64,000 nt of DNA from NCBI GenBank assembly GCA_037379345.1, contig CM074520.1, forward strand, positions 33,080,664-33,144,663, given 5' to 3'. The notes below the pieces were generated by a model. That model saw only the letters and a program-made list of their open reading frames with translations. It was not told the DNA's origin and ran no database searches. This DNA is from Perna viridis. Taxonomy: Eukaryota. Positions 50,840 to 64,000 of this stretch are shown here, piece after piece. A program made the position numbers and the translations under genes. Each line of letters opens with the position of its first letter. Position 1 is the stretch's first letter.

Positions 50840-53620
50840 ACTATAAAACTAGATTACGCCTGGTTTTAACACTAGTTATACATTTTAATTATTAAGTAGT
50901 AATGTACTTGGTTAAAAACTAGTAATACATTTTAGTTATAAACTAGTGATGTACTTGGTTTAACACTAGTTATACATTTTATTTATAAACTAGTAATGTA
51001 CTTGGTTTAACACTAGTTATACATTTTATTTATAAACTAGTAATGTACTTGGTTTAACACTAGTTATACATTTTATTTATAAACTAGTAACGTACTTGGT
51101 TAAAAACTGATTATACATTTTAGTTATAAACTAGTAATGTACTTGGTTTAACACTAGTTATACATTTTAGTTATAAACTAGTAATGTACTTGGTTTAACA
51201 CTAGTTATACGTTTTGGTTTAACAATAGTTATACGTTTGTCTGATCCTTACTTACACATTTTGATTAATCATTAGTTATACACTTTGGTTTACCATTAGT
51301 TATACGTATTGGTTTCACAAGTGCTATACAATTTGGCTAAATTCTAGATATACATTTTGGTTTAACACTAGTGACACGTTTTGGTTGATAATTAGTTATA
51401 ATACATTTTAGTTGATCATTATTTATACGTTTTGGCTGAACACTAGTTATAATTTTAGCTAAACACTAGTTATACTTTTCATTGACACTAGTTATAAATT
51501 GTGGTTTAAAACTGGTTATGCATTTTGGTTGAACACTAGTTATACACTTGGGTTTAGCAATCGTTATACATCTGGGTATAAGCTAATCATGCACTAAGTT
51601 TAACACCTATTACACACATTTGCTTGATGTATTACTGCTGCAATAATAGCTACACACTTTCGTTTATCATTGACAGTTATATAATTTGGTTTATCACTGA
51701 TGGTTGTACCCTTTGGTTTGTCACCAGCGGTTACACACTTTGGTTTATGACAAGCGGTTACACACTTTGGTTTATCACTAACGGTTATACACTTTTGTTG
51801 ATCACTAATGGTTACAACATTTTAGTTTATTATTGACAGTTATATACTTTGGCTTTTCACTACACTTTGGTTTATTACTAACGGTTATATACTTTGGTTT
51901 ACTACTAGATATGAATTTCAGTTAAGCATAAGGTATACACTTAGGTTAAAACTAGACTAAGTTTACATTTTGGTTGAAAGTTAGTTGTACACTTTTGTTA
52001 ATTACTAGTTATACATTTAGGTTAAACACGTTTTACATGCTGGTTAGACACTAGATATACATTATGGTTAAATACTAATTCTATTTGTTTGGCTTAACAC
52101 TAGTTATACATTTTAGGTTAACACTAGGAACATATTTACGTTGTACACTAGCTATATAGTTTGTTTAAAGCTAGTTATTCACTAATTATATATTTTGGCT
52201 AAATATTTGTTATTCATTTTGGTTTAATGGTAGTTAAACATTTGAGTTAACACTAGTTATACACTTGGGTTTAACACTAGATATACATATTTATTAAACA
52301 CTAGTTACACGTTTTGGCTGACCACTAGCTATACATTTTAGCTTAAACTAGTTATACTTTTCGTTGTACACTAGTTATAAATTTTGGTTGATCATTTGTT
52401 ATACATTTTGCTTAAAGACTAGTTATACACTTGGATTTAGCAATAGTTATACGTCTGGGTAAAATCCATTTACTTGTTGTACTACTGCTTCAGTATTGCA
52501 CACTTTAATTTATCAATAACAGCTATACACTTTGGTTGATCACTAATGGTTATACACTTTGGTTTACCACTAACGGATATACAATTTGTTTTACCACTAA
52601 CGGATATACAATTTGTTTTATCACTAACGGTTATATACTTTGGTTTACTACTAGTTATGAACTTAAGTTTAGCCCAGAATGTACTCTTAGATTAAAAACT
52701 AGACTAAGTTTTACAATTTGGTTGAAAGCTACTGTACTCTACTCGACTTACACATATTTGCGCAGGTTACTTACAATTTTTTGTTGACACTAGCCAAGCA
52801 TTCTTTGATTGATAACGAGTATGCCACTTTTGTGGAAAAAATATAGGCAAACATTTTAATAGCAAATCTATACATTAAATCACTGTTTATAAACAAATCT
52901 CTATGTGTATAGATCTTTCAACATAATTCTTGACCCCTTCTCGATAAGTCGTAATATTTACTACAAAGTATATGAAAATAAATATCAACTGTGAATATTT
53001 TCCAATATTTGAAAAGAAAACTTGTCCTTTGAACATGCACACATGATATTTTTGGTTTTCAGCCATAATTTCTTATCTGATGTAATTACTAGTTATACAG
53101 TAGCATTTTTAATATTAAACTTTATTTCAACACTATACATGTAGTTATAAGCGTGGTTCATCACTATAGATATGCACTATCAGTTATAAACATCAGTTTA
53201 ACACTATGTTCAAAAACCTTATACTCATCAGCCAAACGCTATTGTTAAAAACTTTGACTGAACTATAGAATAATTGATTTGTCAAAGTATGTAACTTGTG
53301 TTCAACTACTTAATTAGTCAAAGTGTTCAACTAGTGTTCAACCACAAACTATAATGTGCGTTTGAGTGTAGCTTGTTTGATTACTAGATTTATACAATTG
53401 CTTTAAACAAGTTATATAGTTTGTTTCGAGAATTATACCAGTAAATTTTAGTTTAGTTTAATCACTAGTTTCAACATTGGCCAAACACTAGAAATACGCA
53501 TTGGTCAATTACCACTTGTATTATTTTATCGCTAGTTATGCACATTTAGTTTAACACTGAAGTTGTTCAACATATTGAACACAAACGGCACACTTTAGCA
53601 CTAGTTATACATACCTACTT
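50840..53620. repeat. AT-rich minisatellite, 23-24-bp monomer (ACACTAGTTATACATTTTGGTTTA-like) with higher-order structure
   Basis: A homogeneous 47-bp dimer at about 50895-51215 decays into 24-bp units. The block at about 51425-51980 recurs at about 52305-52730. Confidence 0.9.
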
Positions 53621-53755
53621 TGAAATTCTAATTTGACGTGCTAAAAAATTCTTTACAGTCATGGTAAAAAAAGTGATAAACACGTGACCAACATTTCGTG
53701 CAACACATAGGCTGTGTTTATTCAAAAATATGAAGAAACTGGTCCTATTAGAATC

Positions 53756-53984
53756 GAAATAAATCACGAAAACTCGGTGTTATCTTTGTTTTACCACGGG
53801 CTGGCCATTCATGTCGTTATATAACCGCTCGTTATTACTCGGGGTAAAACCATGCGTCATAAATGGCCAGCCCGTGGTAAAACCATGCGTCATAAATGGC
53901 CAGCCCGTGGTAAAACCATGCGTCATAAATGGCCAGCCCGTGGTAAAACCATGATAAAATGGATTTCCGTGATTTATTTCTTAA
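53756..53984. mobile_element. Palindromic Crypton-like miniature element with an internal 33-bp triplication
   Basis: Terminal inverted repeat GAAATAAATCACG / CGTGATTTATTTC(TTAA) and inner inverted repeat TTTTACCACGGGCTGGCCATT / AATGGCCAGCCCGTGGTAAAA. The 33-mer repeats at 53843, 53876 and 53909. Confidence 0.65.
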
Positions 53985-56900
53985 CAAGACCTACCTATTT
54001 CAGGGAAGACTTAATTTTTTAACACCATAGTTTTATCTTCTGATACAATAAAATAACAGTGATGTTGCACTAGTGTACTCTTATACACTCATACACTCTG
54101 CTTTTACACCTATACAATCATATTATACACTCATACACTCTGGTTATACGCTCATCATGCACTCAGTTTTACACTGATTCAAAATCTTGTTTAATAAATC
54201 TACAGTACTCAGATAGTACGATAGAAATGTGATATTTTCTGGGTATATCGAATATTTACAGATTAAAATATTAAACGAAAGGAAATTTGTTTTTGTTCAT
54301 TCAATATTTGTCTGGTTTCGATTCCACGATTTATTACATGCAAAAGACGATAATTGCTACATGATCGAAACCGAACTTGCCTCGGTTATTACACATTGAT
54401 GAGATGAACACACATGCCTCTGAAAAAGAAAACAAGTGGAATATGATAGAATATATATCTGCGTTATCTGGAGTATTTCATCTACCGACGGTTTGAATGA
54501 CTTTTGCTGAGTTGATATGCCTTTGAGAAAAATAAATTGATTTAACAGATTCGATATGATTTTCATCAGCAGGTAGAGGTGGCGATAAATAGATATAAGT
54601 GCCGGAGTGATTGCCGATATATCTCACTATTAGACAGATACGAGTGCCGTAGTGATTGCCGATATATCTCACTATTGAAGCAAAATATCAGAATCAACAT
54701 AGTTTCACATTTCCAATCAAATTTCGAGTATGGCAACCGACAAGAGAGAGTAAATATAGCAGATTATCCGACGGACATTTTTTCACCATTATGTTTTTTT
54801 TATATATTTTTTAAAATAGTTCATTTTATACCCCATCAACTTGAAATTCGTCTACCTTCATTCTTGGTTTGCTTAATCGTATAATGGCGTGTCATTCGTT
54901 TATATACTATCTCTCTAGGGAAATTGCTTATCGATATATTTATGAGGAAATGACATCGATATATTTCTGTGGAAATGACTTATCGGTGTATTCCTGGGAA
55001 ATGTCTTATCAATATAATTGCAAAATTGTTCTTCCCTTGCCCATGAATCTCGATGTATCAAGTTTAAATCTCGGAAATGTATTCTGGTGATGTAGACAGT
55101 ATCCCGAAAATGTGACTTCATACGGTACGAGTATGAAAAATGTTATCATAGTTATCAAAAAGTGTAGGAACGTTACATGAGTTTAAGTTTTTGAAACTTT
55201 CGTGTATAATTAAATAAAATTTTGTCTCACATTGAACTTGTTGAATATTTGTTATTATCGATGACATTTAGGGAAATTTGTGGCGTCATTTTTCGAAATT
55301 GACAGATTTCAAAACACCTTGATAGCATTTGGCGTGTATAAAATCCAAACAATTGATATCCACAAGAAAGTATATGATAGAAACTTTTACTTGTATTATT
55401 AAAAAGTAAATGTTTTGGCAGCCGTTTCCTTGAAAAATATGTAGTTTTAACACGCATTTCAACATTTCACGTTTTAACAGCACGTACTTCCAGAGTAATG
55501 TTAAAAACACTGGTAACTTTTTCAAGTCTTTTATTGTGGTATATATCAGTTTAATATTATTGGATGTAACGGCGTAGAATGAAGCTGTCTGACATAGATA
55601 AGAAGCAACAATTAATTGCTCAAAAGAATGTTCAAGTGGGTGCCTAAGTGCTTGTAGCATTATTTTATTACGTTCATTCTTCTATGATTCTGCAACTGTT
55701 GGTTCAGCAGAATGTCGCACGATTGCTCATTGTTTAGCTTAGTAATTGCATGTCAGGATAATTTCTAGGAATGAACCGACTTTCTGCGTTGTGTCAATAT
55801 TTTTCTTCCGATGAGATACAGATACAGATTGCATGATATTTCGCGAATGATTGCTGCATTTGAGGGATAAACGTGCCTCATTAGTTATTGTTGCTAGTTA
55901 TGCCTTAGTACTTCTTCCGTTGACAGATACGAATATAGGTTTGTTCATTTCTTGTTCTCTACTTGGGTTTTCTGTTTGTTTTTTGTTTGTCCGGGTAATT
56001 TTAGGATTTAGCAGTGTGTCAATATTTTCCTGTAGATAGTGCAGCTTGCATGATGCTTCACCAGCGCTGCTCTAGAGAAATATACATGCTTTGTGGCTTC
56101 ATGACTTATTGTTGCTTGCTTTCCCTTAGTACTAATATCGATGACGGATACGATTATAAATTGTTATGTTCTTTTCTGGCATGTTGAGTTCGTATTCTCT
56201 ATTTTAATTTCTATTTGTCATGAATGCTTAAAAACTTCTTAAAAGTGCCTGCATTTTTAATGCTCGATAAATGCATATAGATACAGGCTTTTTGGTTCTT
56301 CATGCTTTTCTTCAAAAACAAATTCTGGTATCGGTTTGAATCGAAGAAAGGGTTGACCTGGGTTAGTATATGTATTCTCGAACATTTATCATTAATGCCT
56401 TAATTGTATTTTAGGCATTCTACAGTAAAAGCGAATGGTTGGGTATGTATTCTTCCGCATCCAGTTGTACAGAATATAAATATGTATTTTATCACTGTTT
56501 TTTAAGCTTCCGTTTGTAGTGTATGGCTGTCTTAATTGCTGTTAGGCTGAAAGTATTGTCAATGGTGTTGTTAGGCTGAAAGTATTGTCAAAGTTGTTGG
56601 GTTCGTAATCGCATACAAAAATATAGCAATAGTTTTTTTTTATGACGAGCACATTTCAGGTATGAAAATGTAGGTCAAGAGTAACACATTTCTTAATTCT
56701 GGTTCGGTTCACCTTTTAGGCTAAAATTTATCCAATAGTAAACCGCACTAACTTCAGGAGAAACCAAGACAAACTTTTAAAGGGGCAGGGCTGTGGTCAC
56801 GCCAACGAACTGAAAATAACTCCGCCGCATTTTGTGCGCCTGTATGTCTTGTTTCGTTTGCTTTTTGAGTTTACTCTTGAGTATTTGGAGTCTGTAAGAG

Positions 56901-58099
56901 CAACTATTTCGCTGTACCTGTGTAGAATATTGTTTTGGGAACAGTTGCAGCTAGGGTTGCATTGTCGTGAAGACCTATGAGTGGCCTTGAGCTGACAATT
57001 TTCTTCCTGGTGGGGTTGTTGTCTTTTTGACATACTCACCATAACAATTCACTTTATATTCGCATTTAAACTTGAACAGTCAAATACGTACATGTACAAT
57101 AAAGGACCAAGTGGTTCCAAAAGGTTTAGTCCTATCACTGTTCTATTTTTTTTTCAGAGTGGAATATGACAACTAACAATAAACATACCGAAAGTTGTAT
57201 TTAAAGGCTTGCACGTGCTGCACTGTGGAAGATATATATTGACTATAGACAAACTGCATGCAGCAATTATCTTTATCTCACTGTTAATTTTTTTTCTCGT
57301 TACTTGATTACGCGCTCTGATCGAGTTTTTGATGCATGCATGTACATGTATGTATTTTTATTTGCACGTTTTTATTTTCTTAACATCTTCTGGTGCATTT
57401 TTTCGATATAGCTGGGTTGATTATGTTGCATTTCTTGCCAAATCTCTGGTGTGACAGTATTCAATCCCGCTTACCATTTGTTTATGTTTATGTGACCATT
57501 TTGTACCAAGCAAGTTAATAAACAACATGCACGCACATCTAAGTTGACATGAATATGGTAAGAATTGTAGCAGACCTTGTTTTTCATTTGACTGACGCTT
57601 TTGGACTGCAACTGTTTGATATTGAAAGTACGCACATTTGATGGAATGACGGATGTTTCAGATAAGTTTATATTTGACAAGCAGGTATATACAAGCATTT
57701 TGTTAATGGCACTCATGACTACCCCATGTATCAATATATACATACCTAAGGCACTGACGTAACTAATTGTTCTATTAATTAACGAACATTGTCATTTGTT
57801 TACAGAAACTATGCATTTCTGACTCATATTATTTAGGCAAATTATTTGTATTGATCTTGAGTTAGATTTTACAATGACATGTCTGTGTGGAACAGGAGCG
57901 GAGTTAGAAGGGGGTGCCGGACGCTGGTAACGCAACGTGAATACATTTTGTAGCTGATACTTGATTAAAATATATAATTTGCCATACTTAATTAAAGAAT
58001 TGGTGTATTACACACTGCATGTTTAAATTTGCTAACTTGGCGCGGCACTGAGGTTTGTATTTATTCATGTCATATAGTCCTTCCCTGTATTATAATATT

Positions 58100-58700
58100 T
58101 AGACCTATGCTTTGTCAGTTTTAGAGATGACGCATACACGCCACGTTCCAACTAAATCCACCTATGTGAAATATTTCATTGCGAACTAAGAAATTTCTAC
58201 ATGACAGCTATTGCTGTGGCTGTCCATTCCCATACAAAGCACCGCGCGGTCATGTGTACGCTTCATGCAAATAAATGTTTTAGATAAATTGACAGTATGC
58301 CACTGCTTTCTGTACGTTGAACTTGCATGGTTGATCATTCATTAATACCTCAAATTAATTAATTGAACATTGTTAGTATCTTTTTTGTGGATGATTTATG
58401 CACTGACCATCTGAAAGGTGATTGAACTGTGCTTTGTTGGCTCCTACATAAATGTTTTTGTAATGACTGACCAACAAACACGGAACAGTAATATCGCATG
58501 ATTGACGGGTAATGTGTGCACTAGAAGGCGACCAATTGACTCTTAAGCGCTGTTACAAAAGCCAAAAATAACGCTCAGTTGGCATGATTCTGTCATCAAA
58601 GACAACACATTATCAAGCGACAGGCTGCTGTTCTAGAGTTCAGGCATTGTACGTCCTTGATCAGTTCGGTTGTATACGTAATTAAGACATCATGAGACAC
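58100..58700 (+). mobile_element. Degraded transposase remnant, possibly Academ/DUF6589-type
   Basis: The frame at 58524 reads EGDQLTLKRCYKSQK*RS. GDQLTxxR is a motif I associate with these transposases. The region is otherwise full of stops. Confidence 0.35.
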
Positions 58701-59734
58701 AAGCATTTATATACTTAAGATCATTTTGTTGAGTAAATTGTCACGGATTGTAGTAGTACACCTTCTTTTTTCTATTATTTGTCGGAGTCCAAACATTCGC
58801 TGTAATACTATAAAACCAGCGCATGTGTTCGTGGTCTTTCTGACGGTTGTATGTTATAGGGTCATTAAACCGTTCGTGTATTTGTTTTGAAGCTTTTGAA
58901 AACATTGACTTAAATAAAACTTGGTAGGCTTCTCTCCGCTTATGATATACATGTGCGCGTATGAGGTACAGGTAGTGTCACTCGAAATTTAAAACAAATT
59001 AATTTAACTACTAATCACTGGCTGAAATGCCAATTTAGTTGTAAAACTAAACAAGTTGCTCTTTAAACCAATCATTACATTAGTTTATCTTCCATAAGCT
59101 GGTGTTAATAGAACATGAAACTCAGGCTATGTGTTCTAGAAAAGTGTTCTTGCAACATCGCCACTTTTGAAGTGCCCTTTAGTTTACTACGATGTTCAGC
59201 AAATTAAGACAAACACAGATTTTCTTCTTGTAGATGTAGATAAGAAAAGACTTTGTACAAAGTGCCTTTTTATATATCAAATTTCAGAAGCTCTGATTAT
59301 AAGGATTGGCTTGCTGTTCATTAGTTACGGCATTACAACCCGAAAAGAAAGCTCAGCCAAGCTGGGTTTAATTAAATGCTAAAGAACATTTGATGTTTGG
59401 TAAAAACCATCAGGCATATTATCCACAGTAGAAAATGACTTATTCGAGATAGCCAAGATATGACTGCTGTCGCCGCCCTACTAATAATGATATTGTAGTA
59501 TCAGCTGTTATATGGATTCTTGTCATTCCGATCTAAGCATGTTGTCGTTTTATCCAAGGATAAAAACACTTGTGAATATTTAGACATAATGTTTGGTACA
59601 ATGAGTCTTTTATCCGGTTTAATCTGATAGTTAATTGAAATTGACAAAAAGCTTAAATAATGATTTTGTTTTGTGATTTGTGAGACAGAGGGATGCAGTA
59701 TACAGCATGTTTACTTGCTAGCTTTTAATGCGGA

Positions 59735-59957
59735 AGAGTAATCAAGGGAATCAAGATTCAAGCGAAAATCAAATGAATGTAATCCAGGCACAAACACCAG
59801 AGATGGAAAACAGACACACACAAGAATGAACACAAAATAACCATAATAATACATACAAAGTAACAAAAGTAAATGAGCAACTGGGACTCTACTAAAAACT
59901 GGTAGCATGTACCAGGTGCACCGGTAGGGTAAGGTCCTCTGCTTTTCTAGAAACACC
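59735..59957 (-). mobile_element. Third copy of the short interspersed repeat
   Basis: Reverse complement of 8733-8973 (CCAGGTGCACCGGTAGGGTAAGGTCCTCTGCTTTTCTAGAAACACC). Confidence 0.8.
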
Positions 59958-62900
59958 ATGTACAAATTATAGGATTGAACAGAAACTTATATTCATTTTC
60001 TAGAAATACAACTTATACAAGTTGCTAGGAAAGAGCAGGAACTTTCATACACATTTCATATTATACTTTTATAGACATAAGTGGTAAAATGGTTATGTCA
60101 TTGGCAGTATCAATTGAAAAAAAAACATGAAATTGTTGTGCTAGGTATACCCCACTCATACAGGATGTTGATATCGCTAATAAAGGATGCTTAATCTATT
60201 TAAAGCCATATACCATATTTTAAATCAATCAGTCCAGTGAGAGTCGAGATTTTTATGACGAAAATTTTCTCTGTTATTCAATACAGTGAAAATAGGAAAG
60301 TCCCAGGGGACAGAAAGCATCCAAAATGCATACAACGTATGTCCCATCTATATACTAGTTAAGCCATATTCAAAGTTTGAAATCAATCCGTCAACTGGAA
60401 TCCAAGATTTTTGTGGGTAACGGAATGACGGACGGACATAGAGATTCCAAAACATCACCTGCTCATTGAGTAGGGGTATAATACACCAAGAGTATACGCG
60501 TCAAAGCCTAGGTATGCGACAAGCTAGGCTACATGATAAGTAGTAGTGACAGACTGTAAACCAGATAGTGCTAATAAGTTTGAGTCAGAGAAAACTTATA
60601 GGCTTTAAGCGTTATATCATTTGCTTAAATGTCCACACACGTCATCTTAAAGTGTTAGTTAAATTAACAATTCTACAAGACTTAATAAAATTGCCAAGTT
60701 TTGTTACTCTGGGTGTGTTAATCTAGGATCAAAACTTTGTATGTGAGGTCATAAAAGAAGCCAGTACACATGTAACGTTGAACACATACAAATAAAAGAT
60801 GTTTTTTTTTGTTTTTTTTTTGCAAAATACAGCAACATGCCCGTATCTTACACTGTAGTAGTGTTGTGCCTGGTTTTTAGACCGGTGGTCTGGACATGTC
60901 AGACATATTTGAACAAAATCTTTTTATTATGCAGCAGGGACTGACACCTTTCTATTTTCTAGTAATATCAATTCAGTTATGTGAATTAACAAATAAAGAC
61001 CACATCCTATTCTCATCATTTGGAAGTACATTCACCCTCTGGTTCATCAAGGTGAAAAAAAAAGATATTTTAACAGGTATAAAAAATAGTTTGTCATGCA
61101 TTTTTGGTGGGTGAATTACATTTGATATTCTGCATTGCTGGCCTTCAAGCTCAATATGACTAAAAAGCACTGATGGCCCAATTTCAGTCTGGCAGGAGTT
61201 AATCTGTAATATTGGGTAACTTGTAGTTTCGTACTTTTAACAAAAAACGAAGTTCTTATCTGTTTATGGCTCATATAAAATAATTTCTAGTTGATGTTAA
61301 ACTGTAAAAGACATGACTATCTTTTTAAATATCAATATATTTAACTTCGTCCTCTTACAGGTTACACCTGCCTTATATTAGAACTGAGGAGCAACAATAT
61401 GATTTTCGTAGGCACTCGGGTCAGATTTGATAAAAAAAAAAAGGTCCAATAGGTCACTTAAATAACTTTGTGGAGGAGGAATTTAGGATAACCAATAAAG
61501 CCTTTTATAAAAACTTAAAATGGAAAATAAAAAGCCAAGACAAAAATTGACATGGATCAGAATAAAAAGTTTGCCCCCATCTTAAAATCAAACAGTTGCT
61601 CCCTAAAACCATTTTGGCAACTCACACTAAAACTCTACCATAAAATATACTTTATTATGAAATTTTGATGTAAGAAAAAAAGGTAATAATTACTACTTCC
61701 AAGTTGTTTACAGCAACAGAACCATGCCTAACAAATGTTAGCAATAATTACTAGGGTCATTCCACAATGTGACAAGCCAAATCCAAGCCAATAAAGGTGA
61801 AAATCCAAATGTTTAGACCATACCATACATTATAACATACTAAATACTTTCATTCTTCATAGATCTCAGTCACTCAAAAAATAAAAAAAAAATTATAGAA
61901 ATTTTGAAGTTTAAGCATGGAGTTATGAACTGATTTTTCCATTATTCTTGAACTGAATTGACAAATTTTGAATATTTACTTACAAAATCTGCAAAATACT
62001 GATTAAAAATCAAATTTTATAGATCTGTTTAAATTCAGTACTTTTTGAAAAATTGAATACGCCAAATAAAACAAAATATTGAAGTTTGTAAAAAGCTTAG
62101 ATAGTAAGACAAGAATAAATAATAAATTTCAAGAGGTAGAATTACCTGTTGGAATTCAGGAAGAAATTTGAGAAAGACAATCCTTCAAACAAGTTGACAA
62201 ATGGATATTTTTACTTAACTTTTCAAGTGTCCCCTACTTTTAGCAAATATCTACTTGGTAAACATTAATAAATACAAATACTATTAAATCATCAAAATCT
62301 CAATATATTATTATTTATTGTAAATACTAAGTCGCCAACGATTTGCAAAAATGTTCAACTAACAAATCATATGCAACAACTTCGCAAACAGAATGGGTTA
62401 AAACCTGAATTTCATTAGGAATTATGAAAGACAGATAACTTTGAGTTCGGTTTGACATAAACTTTGGATAAATTTGTTCTCAGCTTTAATCTGCTATTTC
62501 AATCACACATCTGAGAGAAAAACCAAAGATTTTTTTATGGTTGAACTAAACTCAAAGTATCTTTCATGTGTGAATTGTACAACTCATAAAAACACTGCAT
62601 AATACAAAGGAATTTTAATAAATAAAATGATTATTACATTCTCCGTACACTTTCTCTACATTCTACCATACATATAATAATGCAAAAAATATACCAGTTA
62701 ACGAAAGGAAAAAAAAAATAAATAAAAACATTAAAAAACTCCTCAGAGTTGAAGATGGACGGATTTTCATGAAATTTGGATGGATGTCAATACTGAGCTT
62801 TTCAATCCCTGCTTAAGTCTCTTTAAAAATCTCATTACATATGTAAGGCAATGTCAATTTTAATTTTTCATCAAGATCATTTTCCTCTTCTCCTTCTGAA

Positions 62901-64000
62901 AGTTGTAGCACCAAAAGACCTGCATCTTGCAACAATTGAAATGAATTAATTCATTAAATGATAACATATTCGGTTCTCTTCATTAAAGAAACATGAAAAG
63001 CTGAATCTCTTTAAATTTTATGAAACAAAGTTCACATATCACATTTCGGAAACTGGTTGAAAAAAGTGAAAAAATAATTTTCATTTTTTTCTTCAAATTC
63101 AAATTTTCAACTAGTTTTTGTAGATGGACAGATGGAAATGCTTTCCTTGAGAATGTAATACTTATAAGTTTAATATCATAAATACCAAGAAGAAAAATTA
63201 TAAAATAGAAGTCAGAAAATAAATAAAAACACAGCACTGTACATAGATTTATCACAGATAGAAACAACTAAGTCCCATAACCCAACCCTGAAACATGGAG
63301 AGGCTAATTTATAATTTGGAGTACATACATTTCTGACCAAATCTTTGGCTTCAATATACCTTGCATAATATTCATAGCCTAAGTAAAAAGATATGTACTA
63401 GTACCAACAATTAAAGGGACAATTTTACTTGATAGCCTGACTTCAAATTATTGTCCATGTATCTGTATTTGAAATACTACTCCAAAGTATGAAAAAGCCT
63501 TATGCCATAAAAATTTCTGAATGAGATTAATAATTCAAGAAGTTAATTATTACATAAAAATACTTTTTTCATTTTTGTAAAAGATGGTACACTAAAGTCA
63601 CAGCTAAATGATCAACTCTCAATTCAAAATCATGCCTGTGAAAGATGTTTCCATTTTTTAATGTCAACTTTCTGGCTCGAATTTCTCAGTCGAAACATAA
63701 ACCAAAACCAAAGCTTTTACCAAGTTCAATCTTTTCAAAAGCACTGAGAAATATAGCCATTATTTTTTTCTCTTTTCTATCACAGTCTATTTCATATAAA
63801 TGCTAACTTGGCAGTGGATACGGTGTTACCAAGGTAACATCCTAGCGGCAATTTCTACACATAATATCCATGGCAACCAGATATAAATAAATGTCAATAT
63901 CACATTTGTTGCTATGCAAATTGTTTTAAAACCTAAAAATAATTAAGTCCCGGACTTTGATCAAAGAACGTCATTTCCTAAAGATTTCAGCGAAGTGTCG

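Noticed and set aside
51624-52787. ORFs with GYTLWFxT repeats
   Set aside because: They are translations of the 24-bp minisatellite, and neighbouring units have indels and stops.
53843-53953. CRISPR-like 33-bp repeats (and the 47-bp units at about 50900)
   Set aside because: The repeats are head-to-tail with no unique spacers, there are no cas genes, and the context is eukaryotic.

Overview
AT-rich, intron-containing animal DNA, most likely a bivalve mollusc (paramyosin is Mytilus-like; Nin-type SINE and Penelope relics fit). Three recognisable genes lie on the minus strand, and I assembled each exon by exon from GT-AG boundaries: a TCAF/M60-like metallopeptidase (4 coding exons, 742 aa, intact HEIGH, C-terminal CaaX-like CGLI), a beta-tubulin (4 exons, 445 aa) and paramyosin (14 coding exons, 864 aa). 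The main discovery is an orphan gene family that the ORF track shows only as fragments. It has three paralogs around the TCAF gene: A (101-2083, minus, runs off the window), B (10617-12682, minus) and C (22685-24200, plus). They share all-phase-0 introns, four short protein motifs, a cationic amphipathic C-terminus ending in LSC, and a conserved 47-bp CRE/X-box-like promoter block. Paramyosin also appears to carry an alternative N-terminus from a promoter inside intron 1. The rest of the window is transposon relics, MITEs and satellites. No rRNA, tRNA gene or CRISPR array was seen. Coordinates were counted by hand, and TE family names are from pattern recognition, not database searches.
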